The notes under the pieces are model-generated. The model was not told the origin of the DNA and did not search any database. It saw nothing but the letters and a program-made list of their open reading frames with translations. Shown here piece after piece: positions 1-8,406 of a stretch of 45,963 nucleotides of DNA (positions are counted from its first letter, which is position 1; the number at the start of each line of letters is the position of its first letter). The stretch is from Gammaproteobacteria bacterium. GTDB taxonomy: Bacteria > Pseudomonadota > Gammaproteobacteria > Steroidobacterales > UBA11654. Made by a program: the position numbers and the translations under genes. The stretch spans positions 1 through 45,963 of the forward strand of contig DTSX01000022.1 of the NCBI GenBank assembly GCA_012965065.1. Reading direction: 5' to 3'.

Positions 1-225
1 ATAGACATCAGAAATTATGGGTTGCTCGGCGGCGTGGAACTCGAGCCAATTGAAGGAAAACCCACTGCGAGGGCTATGAGTGTTTTTAGGCAATGTTTTG
101 ATAACGGGCTTCTTGTAAGAACCACAGGCGATACCATTGCCCTGTGCCCACCGTTAATTGCCTCTGAAGATGAGATACGGACGGTGGTTGCGATGCTGAA
201 AGCATCTCTGAGTTCGATCGCTTAA
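1..225 (+). CDS. C-terminal fragment of a class-III omega-amino-acid (beta-alanine:pyruvate-type) aminotransferase; the 5' end lies outside the window
   Basis: Frame 1 is open from nt 1 (IDIRNYGLLGGVELEP...). The tail LLVRTTGDTIALCPPLIASEDEI is typical of omega-aminotransferase C-termini. mmsA starts 21 nt downstream. Confidence 0.75.
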   Translation: MDIRNYGLLGGVELEPIEGKPTARAMSVFRQCFDNGLLVRTTGDTIALCPPLIASEDEIRTVVAMLKASLSSIA

Positions 226-246
226 TTGTTTTATTTGTAAGCCAAT

Positions 247-1752
247 ATGACAGAGACCAAAATTATTAATCATTGGATCGACGGTGGTTTCCAACCATCT
301 GCAAGCGATCGTTTTGGCAATATTTACAATCCTGCCACCGGGGCAGTGATTGCGAAACTGCCAATGGGAGGTGCAGTTGACCTCGAGACGGCAGTTAAGT
401 CAGCAAGACATGCATTCCACTCTTGGTCGACAACATCAATTACCAAACGGGCACAATTGATGTTCAAGTTTAAGGAATTGCTCGAACTGCATCGAGATGA
501 ATTGGTTGACATCATTAGTTTGGAGCATGGCAAGGTAATTCCTGATGCAGCCGGTTCTTTGCAAAGAGGTATTGAGGTCGTTGAGTTTGCTTGTGGGATT
601 CCACACTTGTTGAAAGGGGAATTCAGTGAACAAGTTGGCACCGGCGTTGACTGCTACAGCATGAGGCAGCCAATCGGCGTATGTGCCGGGGTGACTCCTT
701 TTAACTTCCCAGCTATGGTGCCGATGTGGATGTTCCCTATTGCCATCGTTTGTGGCAATTGCTTTATCCTTAAGCCCTCAGAAAAAGACCCTTCTTGCTC
801 TGTCAAATTAGCAGAACTTCTCAAAGAAGCAGGACTTCCTGATGGGGTTATGAATGTGGTACATGGCGACAAGGAAATGGTGGATGCCATTCTCGAACAT
901 CCCGATATCGCAACCTTTAGTTTTGTGGGTTCCACCCCAGTAGCAGAGTATGTTTATAACAAAGCCTCATCTTCTGGCAAGCGTGTTCAAGCACTAGGCG
1001 GTGCAAAAAATCATGCAGTTGTAATGCCCGATGCCGATCTTGAACAAACTGCAAATGCAATCATAGGAGCAGCCTATGGATCCGCTGGTGAGCGATGCAT
1101 GGCCATTTCAGCTGTAATCGCCGTAGACAGTATTGCAGAACCATTAAAAGAGATACTGGTGAGGAAGATGGGTGCGTTAAAAATTGGTCCAGGCAATGAC
1201 CCCAGTAACGACATGGGACCTTTAATAACAAAAGAGCACAAGAAAAAAGTGATGAACTACATCCAAGACGGTGTATCTGCAGGTGCCGAATTGGTTATTG
1301 ATGGAAGGGAGCATCCAATTACAAATGGAGGTGAAGGGTTCTTTTTAGGACCAAGCTTGTTTGACCGTGTTTCTCCTGATATGAAAATTTATCTCGAAGA
1401 GATATTTGGGCCTGTTTTGGTCATGCTCAGAGCTAAAGATTTTCAACAGGCTCTTGACCTTGTCAACAATAACCGTTTTGGCAACGGGGTTGCCGTCTTT
1501 ACATCAAATGGCAGCATTGCCAGAGAATTCACCAATAAGGTCCAAATAGGAATGGTTGGAGTCAATGTTGCTATTCCGGTCCCACTGGCTTTCTACAGTT
1601 TTGGTGGCTGGAAAGATTCCATCTATGGATCCTCAAATATTTACGGTATGGATGGCGTTAGATTTTTTACAAAATTGAAAACGGTAACAACCCGTTGGCC
1701 GGATCTTAACCAATCCAGTGCCGTAGATTTGTCGATGCCAACCGTCGAATAG
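247..1752 (+). CDS. mmsA: Methylmalonate/malonate-semialdehyde dehydrogenase (CoA-acylating), aldehyde dehydrogenase superfamily
   Basis: 501 aa with an ATG start. ALDH motifs FILKPSEKDP, FVGST and catalytic-Cys motif GERCMA are present. Length and C-terminus (RFFTKLKTVTTRW) fit MmsA. Confidence 0.9.
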   Translation: MTETKIINHWIDGGFQPSASDRFGNIYNPATGAVIAKLPMGGAVDLETAVKSARHAFHSWSTTSITKRAQLMFKFKELLELHRDELVDIISLEHGKVIPDAAGSLQRGIEVVEFACGIPHLLKGEFSEQVGTGVDCYSMRQPIGVCAGVTPFNFPAMVPMWMFPIAIVCGNCFILKPSEKDPSCSVKLAELLKEAGLPDGVMNVVHGDKEMVDAILEHPDIATFSFVGSTPVAEYVYNKASSSGKRVQALGGAKNHAVVMPDADLEQTANAIIGAAYGSAGERCMAISAVIAVDSIAEPLKEILVRKMGALKIGPGNDPSNDMGPLITKEHKKKVMNYIQDGVSAGAELVIDGREHPITNGGEGFFLGPSLFDRVSPDMKIYLEEIFGPVLVMLRAKDFQQALDLVNNNRFGNGVAVFTSNGSIAREFTNKVQIGMVGVNVAIPVPLAFYSFGGWKDSIYGSSNIYGMDGVRFFTKLKTVTTRWPDLNQSSAVDLSMPTVE

Positions 1753-1763
1753 GAATTTCCAAG

Positions 1764-2879
1764 ATGTTAATTGGTATCCCCAAGGAAATTAAACCCGACG
1801 AATACCGAGTCGGCCTTACCCCTGAAAGCGTTCTAACTCTTGTCAATGGTGGTCATCAAGTCATGGTTTTGACCAACGCTGGTTTGGGTATTGGTAAAGG
1901 TGATCAAGACTACCTTAAGGTTGGAGCAGAAATAGTTGCTACAAGAGATGAAATTTTTGAGCGGGCTGAGATGGTTATAAAAGTAAAAGAACCCCAACTG
2001 GACGAGTGTGCATTGCTACGACAAGGCCAAATATTGTTTACCTACCTCCATCTCGCACCAGATCCTGAACAAACCAATGCTCTAGTAAACTCCGGAGTCA
2101 GTGCCATTGCCTATGAGTCTGTTGTGGCAGAGGATAAAAGCTATCCTTTGTTAACACCCATGAGTGCAATTGCAGGCAGGATGGCGGTGCAAGCAGGTGC
2201 AAGCTGTTTGGAAAAAGCCAAGGGAGGATCCGGCATCTTGATGGGCGGGGTGACCAATGTTGATCCCGCAAAAGTGACCATCATTGGTGGTGGTGTAGTG
2301 GGGTACAATGCCATTGAAATTGCCCTTGGTATGCAAGCAAATGTCACGGTTTTAGATAAATCAGCGGCGCGACTTGATTACCTTGAAACAGTTTTTGGCG
2401 ACGACTTAAATGCAGTTCTTGCTGATTCTGCATCAAACGAGACTTTCATTGCTGCCGCAGATTTAGTAATAGGTGCTGTCTTGGTACCTGGGGCATCTGC
2501 ACCCAAGATTATATCCAGGAGTTTGTTGAAAAAAATGAAACCCGGATCAGTATTTGTCGATGTTGCCATCGATCAAGGCGGTTGCTCAGAGACCAGCAGA
2601 CCGACCACACATTCCAGTCCCACATATGTAGAAGAGGGCGTCTTACATTATTGTGTAGCGAATATGCCTGGTGCCGTACCCCTGACTTCAACTTATGCAC
2701 TTAATCAAGCAACATTGCCCTATGTTGAAGATTTGGCTAATCAAGGCTTAGTGCAAGCTTTGACTCGCAATCAAGGATTCTGCGAAGGTCTTAGTGTCCA
2801 CCAGGGGAGGGTTACCATTAAGGCAGTCGCTGATGAGTTAGGGTATGAGTACACAGATGCAAAAACAGCATTAATTTGA
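1764..2879 (+). CDS. ald: L-alanine dehydrogenase
   Basis: 371 aa. The N-terminus MLIGIPKEIKPDEYRVGLTP is the AlaDH signature. An NAD-binding GxGxxG (IIGGGVVG) is present and the length is typical. Confidence 0.9.
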   Translation: MLIGIPKEIKPDEYRVGLTPESVLTLVNGGHQVMVLTNAGLGIGKGDQDYLKVGAEIVATRDEIFERAEMVIKVKEPQLDECALLRQGQILFTYLHLAPDPEQTNALVNSGVSAIAYESVVAEDKSYPLLTPMSAIAGRMAVQAGASCLEKAKGGSGILMGGVTNVDPAKVTIIGGGVVGYNAIEIALGMQANVTVLDKSAARLDYLETVFGDDLNAVLADSASNETFIAAADLVIGAVLVPGASAPKIISRSLLKKMKPGSVFVDVAIDQGGCSETSRPTTHSSPTYVEEGVLHYCVANMPGAVPLTSTYALNQATLPYVEDLANQGLVQALTRNQGFCEGLSVHQGRVTIKAVADELGYEYTDAKTALI

Positions 2880-2896
2880 ATACACAAACATTCTAA

Positions 2897-3958
2897 TTAA
2901 TTTTTAGTTCTTTTCAGTCTACGCCTTCTCAATTTTCTCGGTTCTTCTTCTGTTACCGCAGATGTATTTTCTAAATTCAGGTACTTTTCGACCATAGCAA
3001 TGTTACCTTTCGTCATTTGCCCCATTGACTGTATTATTGCGTCCAATTCTAAGGGGCATTCCATGTTATCCGCATTCAAGGCATCGGCCATCGCTTTGAC
3101 ATGCTCTTGTTTAGTTCCACAACAGCCACCGATAATGGTGGCACCCAGTTTTTTAGCGTAACAAGCATAGGCGGCCATTATTTCTTCGGTACCGGTATAG
3201 GCTATTTCCCCATCAATAAACACAGGTATGCCGCAGTTTCCCTTTGCAACGATGTGCATTGAGTGATTTTTTCTGGATTTTGCAAGACATAATATCGAGC
3301 CAATCAGCTCGGCTGCCCCAATCCCACAATTAGCACCGAAGCCAATAATTTCAGGTGAGTGTTGCTCAGCGAGTCGCGCAAGTTCTTTGGGCTCAAGACC
3401 CATCATGGATTTACCATGGGTATCAAAACTGTATGTGCAAACAATGGGAAGGCCTGTTTTTTTAGTGGCAATAATTGCACATTCCATTTCCTCTTCTGAT
3501 GACATGGTTTCAATCCAAGCTACATCAACCCCACCCTCTTTGAGTGCTATAGCTTGGTCAGTAAACGCAGATTCAACTTCAGCTTTAGTCAGTTCACCCA
3601 GAGGTTCAATGATTCCACCTGATGGTCCAATCGAGCCTGCAACTATTATTGTTCGTTCGCAAAAATCAGCAGCTTTAAGCGCAATTTCAGCTCCTGCAAC
3701 GTTGAGTTCGTGAACTTGATTTTCTGCATTATGCAGCGCCAATCTAAATCTGTTGGCACCAAAGGTGTTGGTAAGGATGAGGTCTGACCCGGCTTCAATG
3801 AAGTTTTGATGATTAAGGTAAACTCGATCCGGAAATTCTAAATTCCAAAGTTCCGGTGGGTCTCCTGATTCGAGGCCCATAGAAAACAGATTGGTTCCAG
3901 TGGCACCATCAGCGAGGAGCCAACCTTTTTCTGCAATTAATGTTTCAATTTTGTGCAT
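2897..3958 (-). CDS. Stand-alone homocysteine S-methyltransferase domain protein (BhmT/MmuM/MetH-N-terminal-like)
   Basis: Zn-ligand motifs FGANCG and GGCCGT and the N-terminus LLADGATGTNL are present. I prefer the ATG at 3958 (MHKIETL...) over the TTG at 4006 used by the ORF track. The methyl donor (betaine, SMM or other) cannot be read from the sequence. Confidence 0.8.
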   Translation of the reverse strand: MHKIETLIAEKGWLLADGATGTNLFSMGLESGDPPELWNLEFPDRVYLNHQNFIEAGSDLILTNTFGANRFRLALHNAENQVHELNVAGAEIALKAADFCERTIIVAGSIGPSGGIIEPLGELTKAEVESAFTDQAIALKEGGVDVAWIETMSSEEEMECAIIATKKTGLPIVCTYSFDTHGKSMMGLEPKELARLAEQHSPEIIGFGANCGIGAAELIGSILCLAKSRKNHSMHIVAKGNCGIPVFIDGEIAYTGTEEIMAAYACYAKKLGATIIGGCCGTKQEHVKAMADALNADNMECPLELDAIIQSMGQMTKGNIAMVEKYLNLENTSAVTEEEPRKLRRRRLKRTKN

Positions 3959-3988
3959 AAAAAAACTCGATAACTTGCGTTGTTCGAG
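3959..3988 (-). promoter_or_regulatory. Terminator-like hairpin plus U-tract in the 5' leader of the homocysteine methyltransferase gene
   Basis: Minus-strand RNA reads ACUCGA-AC-AAC-GCAA-GUU-A-UCGAGU followed by UUUUU then AUG. This gives a 6-bp outer stem, a 3-bp inner stem and a GNRA (GCAA) tetraloop, with the U run abutting the start codon. Confidence 0.35.
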
Positions 3989-4108
3989 TCTTATGCTATT
4001 TAGCAAAATTTTTTTATAGCGTCTGCAAGCTGCTCAAATCAACGCTGTCTATACCAGTTACGGTTAATTGCTATTATAATTAAGTTGCAAACAATATTTA
4101 AGTTTTTT

Positions 4109-5155
4109 ATGACTAAAAATCAACAAAATCTAAGCTACTTAAAACCCATAAAGGATTCTTTGGGTAGACCGCTGAAAGACCTGAGAATATCCGTGATGGA
4201 TCGGTGTAATTTTAGGTGCACTTATTGCATGCCAGAAGAAAAATACCATTCAAAATTCAAATTTCTACCATCAAAGCAACGGCTGCCATTTGAGCACATA
4301 CTGCGTATTGCGAAAAATTTTGTCAGTTTGGGTGTTGATAAAATTAGGATAACAGGCGGAGAACCCTTGCTTAGGGTTAATTTAGCGGACCTTATCGGTG
4401 ATCTTAGTCGCGTTGACGGCATTAGGGATATTGCTCTGACCACCAATGGAGTATTGTTGGCCAAATACGCCTCTGAACTGAAAGCAGCTGGCCTGAACCG
4501 GGTAACTGTGAGTTTAGATTCAATCGATCCAAACGAGTTCAAAACCATGACTGGTGGTCGAGGGTCGCTCGACAGGGTGTTGGCAGGGATAGAGGAAGCA
4601 CAGGTTGCTCGTCTGAATAATATTAAGGTGAACGCAGTTATTAAGCGCGGGAGCAACGACCAAAAAATACTCGAGCTGGTGGAGCATTTCCGCTCCACTC
4701 CTATTGTTTTAAGATTTATCGAATACATGGATGTGGGCAACATCAATCATTGGAAGAAGTCTGAAACAGTGCCAAGCCGGGAAATTGTCAAATTGGTAGG
4801 AGCAAAATGGCCATTGGAAGGTGTAGAGCCAAATTATGAAGGAGAAGTGGCATCGAGGTATCGATTCAAAGATGGGAAAGGGGAGCTCGGTTTTATATCT
4901 TCGGTGACCAAACCATTTTGTGGATCCTGTTCTCGAGCCAGGCTCTCCTCCGATGGTAAGCTCTACAACTGCTTATTTGCCTCCACTGGCAAAGACGTAA
5001 AACCTTGGCTTGCAGAAGGATTGACCGACCACGAAATCCAACAAAGAATTTATTCAATCTGGTCTGAGCGTGCTGACCGCTACAGTGAATTAAGGTCTCT
5101 GAACCTTACTGAAGTCGGCAAACAGAAAGTAGAAATGTATTATATAGGTGGTTGA
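4109..5155 (+). CDS. moaA: GTP 3',8-cyclase (molybdenum cofactor biosynthesis protein A), radical SAM
   Basis: Radical-SAM motif CNFRCTYC, C-terminal second-cluster cysteines CGSCSRARLSSDGKLYNC, and terminal GG are present. The ATG at 4109 is preferred over the TTG at 4085. Confidence 0.92.
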   Translation: MTKNQQNLSYLKPIKDSLGRPLKDLRISVMDRCNFRCTYCMPEEKYHSKFKFLPSKQRLPFEHILRIAKNFVSLGVDKIRITGGEPLLRVNLADLIGDLSRVDGIRDIALTTNGVLLAKYASELKAAGLNRVTVSLDSIDPNEFKTMTGGRGSLDRVLAGIEEAQVARLNNIKVNAVIKRGSNDQKILELVEHFRSTPIVLRFIEYMDVGNINHWKKSETVPSREIVKLVGAKWPLEGVEPNYEGEVASRYRFKDGKGELGFISSVTKPFCGSCSRARLSSDGKLYNCLFASTGKDVKPWLAEGLTDHEIQQRIYSIWSERADRYSELRSLNLTEVGKQKVEMYYIGG

Positions 5156-5183
5156 TTTTAATTACTGATTGGAGGTGAGAGTT

Positions 5184-6821
5184 ATGCTGGGTTTAATGAT
5201 GGACACTCCCTTGTTGATTTCATCTCTGATGATTCATGCTGAAAAAAATTTTCCAGAGCAAGAAATAGTATCGGTTGCCGCCGATAATCCTGACCATCGT
5301 TATACATTCCAAGACGCCTTTAAAAGAACCAGACAGTTGGCTAATGCACTCCAATCATTGGGAATCCAGCAAGGCGATAGGGTAGGAACGTTGGCTTGGA
5401 ATGACTATCGCCATTTTGAACTGTATTATGCAATTTCCTGCTCAGGTGCAATCTGTCACACAGTTAATCCTAGGTTGTTTCCCGAACAACTGATTTACAT
5501 TATCAATCATGCCGAAGACCGAGTTATTTTTTGTGACCCGATGTTTGTACCCTTATTGGAAAATATCCACGATCAACTGGAGTCCATTGAGCACGTCATC
5601 GTTTTAACCTCAGAGAATCATATGCCGGCGTCTTCCTTACCGAATCTTCTTTGCTATGAAACCCTCATTGCAGGAGAGTCCAACGAATATGAATGGCCTG
5701 AATTTGATGAGAAAACGGCAAGTGCCATGTGCTATACATCGGGCACGACTGGCAACCCAAAAGGTGTTTTGTACGATCACCGCTCAACCATTTTGCACGC
5801 CTACGCAGCTGCATTACCCGATGTTTTTGGTATCTCTGCAAGCGACTGCATCCTGCCTATTGTGCCAATGTTTCACGTCAACGCCTGGGGCACAATTTAC
5901 GCGGGCCCGTTGTGCGGAAGTAAAATTATTTTGCCCGGATCGAAAATGGGCGATGGGGAAACTCTTCAACGGTTAATCGAGTCCGAGCAGGTGACTGTTT
6001 CCCAGGGAGTGCCAACCGTCTGGTTGGCTTTGCTGGCTTATCTTGAGGAATCCGGCAAACAAATCCCCAGTTTGAAGCGCGTGATTACAGGTGGAGCCGC
6101 TTGTCCTGCTGTTATTGCCCAAGAAATGCAAGAAAAGCACGATGTCTATGTCCACGTGGCCTGGGGGATGACGGAAATGAGTCCATTGGGTACTTTCAAT
6201 CAGTTTAAACCGGGCATGGAAGATCTTGAAGGAGATGAGTTGTTAGAGGCTCAGTTAAAAGCAGGTCGAGGGGTGTACGGCGTGGAAATGAAAATCACCG
6301 ACGACGACAACAACGAATTGCCTTGGGATGGCGTGGCTTTTGGCAGCCTCAAAGTCCGAGGACCTTGGGTTCTCAGCGACTACTTTAAAGCAGAGCCTGG
6401 AACAACGCTTGAGGAAGATGGTTGGTTTGAGACCGGCGATGTGGCCACCATTGATGAGCGTGGATTTATGGCAATCACCGACAGGACCAAGGATGTGATT
6501 AAATCAGGTGGAGAATGGATCAGCTCAATTGATCTGGAGAACACTGCAATCAATCACCCCAAAGTTGCAGAGGCCGCCGTCATCGGGGTTAATCACCCCA
6601 AATGGACGGAAAGACCGCTGTTGCTTGTGCAAGCCAAGGAGGGAGAAGAACTGAGTAAGGATGAAATACTCCAATGGTACGAAGGTAAGGTAGCAAAATG
6701 GTGGATCCCTGATGACGTCGTCTTTGTTGACTCACTACCCCATACGGCGACCGGTAAAATCCAAAAATTTGAGCTTAGAAAGATCTACAAAGATTATCAA
6801 CTGCCTGATATTGATGCTTAA
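5184..6821 (+). CDS. AMP-forming acyl-CoA ligase, medium/long-chain fatty-acid-CoA ligase family (DmdB / 3-methylmercaptopropionate-CoA ligase-like N-terminus)
   Basis: AMP-binding motif [12 protein letters not shown] is present. The N-terminus [15 protein letters not shown] is characteristic of this subfamily. A GGAGG Shine-Dalgarno (5171-5175) sits 8 nt upstream of the ATG at 5184. Substrate is not determinable from the sequence. Confidence 0.8.
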   Translation: MLGLMMDTPLLISSLMIHAEKNFPEQEIVSVAADNPDHRYTFQDAFKRTRQLANALQSLGIQQGDRVGTLAWNDYRHFELYYAISCSGAICHTVNPRLFPEQLIYIINHAEDRVIFCDPMFVPLLENIHDQLESIEHVIVLTSENHMPASSLPNLLCYETLIAGESNEYEWPEFDEKTASAMCYTSGTTGNPKGVLYDHRSTILHAYAAALPDVFGISASDCILPIVPMFHVNAWGTIYAGPLCGSKIILPGSKMGDGETLQRLIESEQVTVSQGVPTVWLALLAYLEESGKQIPSLKRVITGGAACPAVIAQEMQEKHDVYVHVAWGMTEMSPLGTFNQFKPGMEDLEGDELLEAQLKAGRGVYGVEMKITDDDNNELPWDGVAFGSLKVRGPWVLSDYFKAEPGTTLEEDGWFETGDVATIDERGFMAITDRTKDVIKSGGEWISSIDLENTAINHPKVAEAAVIGVNHPKWTERPLLLVQAKEGEELSKDEILQWYEGKVAKWWIPDDVVFVDSLPHTATGKIQKFELRKIYKDYQLPDIDA

Positions 6822-6838
6822 TCTTCTTCTAATTTGAT

Positions 6839-7675
6839 GTGAATAAATCAGCAAGCATTACCATTCTCCAGAACGATCAAGGGGCTACAGAGGAGATTAC
6901 TGATGAGGTGACCATTGAGGAACCTCTGGAATTCAGCATCGCTTTTGGAGCACACTCCTCCCGAGAAATAAAAAACCTCGCTGTTACCATGCGTACACCG
7001 GGCAATGATTTTGAGTTGGTTCTGGGTTTTTTATATTCAGAGGGCATTATTAAAAATAAAAGTGATGTGCAAGCAATCACCCGGATGGATAACTTGGAAG
7101 ATTCGAGCAATATTGAAAACACGGTCTTGGTAGAACTTGATGAAACTCTGAGTGTGGATCCACAGAAAATCAGAAATTTTTACATCAACTCCTCTTGCGG
7201 TATTTGTGGCAGTCAGGTGGTGGATGATATTGGATCCTTGCAGCAGTATCATTCGTCAAAGAGTGACTTTTTGGTTGCTGAATCGGTTCTTCGAACCCTG
7301 CCTGGTCGCTTACAAAAACAACAAGATGCATTCAGTCAAACAGGGGGGTTGCACGCCTCTGCGTTGTTTGATCAACAGGGATCTATCTTGAGTTTGTTTG
7401 AAGATGTCGGACGCCACAATGCCCTTGATAAATTGATTGGCCGTGAATTGCAGAATAACAACCTTCCCTTATTTCAGTCAGGGCTGATTTTGAGTGGTCG
7501 CACCAGTTTTGAACTGATTCATAAAGCAGCACTGGCAGGAATCCCAGTCGTTGTTTCCATTGGTGCACCTTCGAGTTTGGCTGTTGATGCTGCGTGGGAA
7601 TATGAAATTACCCTAGCAGGTTTCCTGCAAGCCGACCGATTTAATATTTATTCGTTTCCTAGACGGATTAACTAG
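6839..7675 (+). CDS. fdhD: Formate dehydrogenase accessory sulfurtransferase FdhD
   Basis: Motifs SSCGICGS, GGLHASALF, GRHNALDKLIG and SGRTSFE are present. GTG start. Confidence 0.88.
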   Translation: MNKSASITILQNDQGATEEITDEVTIEEPLEFSIAFGAHSSREIKNLAVTMRTPGNDFELVLGFLYSEGIIKNKSDVQAITRMDNLEDSSNIENTVLVELDETLSVDPQKIRNFYINSSCGICGSQVVDDIGSLQQYHSSKSDFLVAESVLRTLPGRLQKQQDAFSQTGGLHASALFDQQGSILSLFEDVGRHNALDKLIGRELQNNNLPLFQSGLILSGRTSFELIHKAALAGIPVVVSIGAPSSLAVDAAWEYEITLAGFLQADRFNIYSFPRRIN

Positions 7676-7679
7676 GCAC

Positions 7680-8315
7680 TCAAGAATTGTATTTAACAAA
7701 CATATTGGTAGTCATTTCCTGTCCAATCGTTGTCTCTGGTCCGTGTCCAGGTATAACAAGAGTTTTCTCATCCAGTGTATATAATCTTCTTTGAATGGAT
7801 TGTTTAAGTGTATTGAAGTCCCCACCGGGCAGGTCTGTGCGTCCTACAGAGCCTAGAAACAGCGTATCACCGGCAACTAAAACTTTCTCATTTTCAAAAT
7901 AAAAACTGACTGAACCCAGAGTATGTCCAGGAGTGTGGATGCACTTTCCAGCACAGTGCTCGAGATCCTGTTCGTCTTCGATTTTATAATCTGGTGGTGG
8001 TGCGGGTTTGTATTCGATGTTAAAGAACTGACATTGTATTTCCTGGGTATCCCACAAAAACCGGTCCGCCTCATGCAGGTAGATGGGCGCTTGTGTGGCA
8101 TCTTTGATTTCAGCAGAAGCTAGGAAATGATCAAGATGAGCATGGGTGTGAAAAATTCCTTCAATGGTCAAGTCCAACTTCCGGATGGTCTCTAGAATGG
8201 TGTCGGCATCCCCGCCTGGGTCGATGACATAACCCAATCCAGTATCAGTGTTCCCAATGATCGTGCAGTTGCATTGCAACGGGCCAACAGGGAATGACTT
8301 ATAAACGATTGCCAT
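7680..8315 (-). CDS. MBL-fold metallo-hydrolase (glyoxalase II-like)
   Basis: 211 aa. HxHxDH motif (HTHAHLDH), downstream HTPGHT and GDTLF are present. Confidence 0.85.
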   Translation of the reverse strand: MAIVYKSFPVGPLQCNCTIIGNTDTGLGYVIDPGGDADTILETIRKLDLTIEGIFHTHAHLDHFLASAEIKDATQAPIYLHEADRFLWDTQEIQCQFFNIEYKPAPPPDYKIEDEQDLEHCAGKCIHTPGHTLGSVSFYFENEKVLVAGDTLFLGSVGRTDLPGGDFNTLKQSIQRRLYTLDEKTLVIPGHGPETTIGQEMTTNMFVKYNS

Positions 8316-8322
8316 AATGTTT

Positions 8323-8366
8323 GTTTCTCAGTAAGTTGGTTACAATTAGAGCGTTAGTTTCTCAGT
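8323..8366. repeat. Direct repeat GTTTCTCAGT (8323-8332 and 8357-8366) in the divergent intergenic region
   Basis: An exact 10-mer occurs twice, 34 nt apart, each followed by (A/T)AAG. It lies within the 91-nt region between the MBL hydrolase gene (-) and the 8407 operon (+). Confidence 0.5.
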
Positions 8367-8406
8367 TAAGAGCCTTAATTTAGTTGATTATAATGAAGTT
8401 TTAACC

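Noticed and set aside
324-935. Antisense ORFs of 65-105 aa inside mmsA (324-641, 436-633, 654-935)
   Set aside because: They lie fully within a strongly supported CDS on the opposite strand. They have low-complexity Ser/Thr/Cys-rich translations and no recognisable motifs, which is typical of shadow ORFs.
3959-4108. Moco riboswitch upstream of moaA (and likewise 23615-23755 upstream of moaC)
   Set aside because: I could not find the conserved Moco-motif elements (GC-rich P1/P3 helices, CCUCC-type 3' element) in either AT-rich region. This should still be confirmed with cmsearch RF01055.
4222-4746. 174-aa antisense ORF inside moaA
   Set aside because: It is a shadow ORF opposite a conserved radical-SAM gene, with no motif, no RBS and a biased composition.
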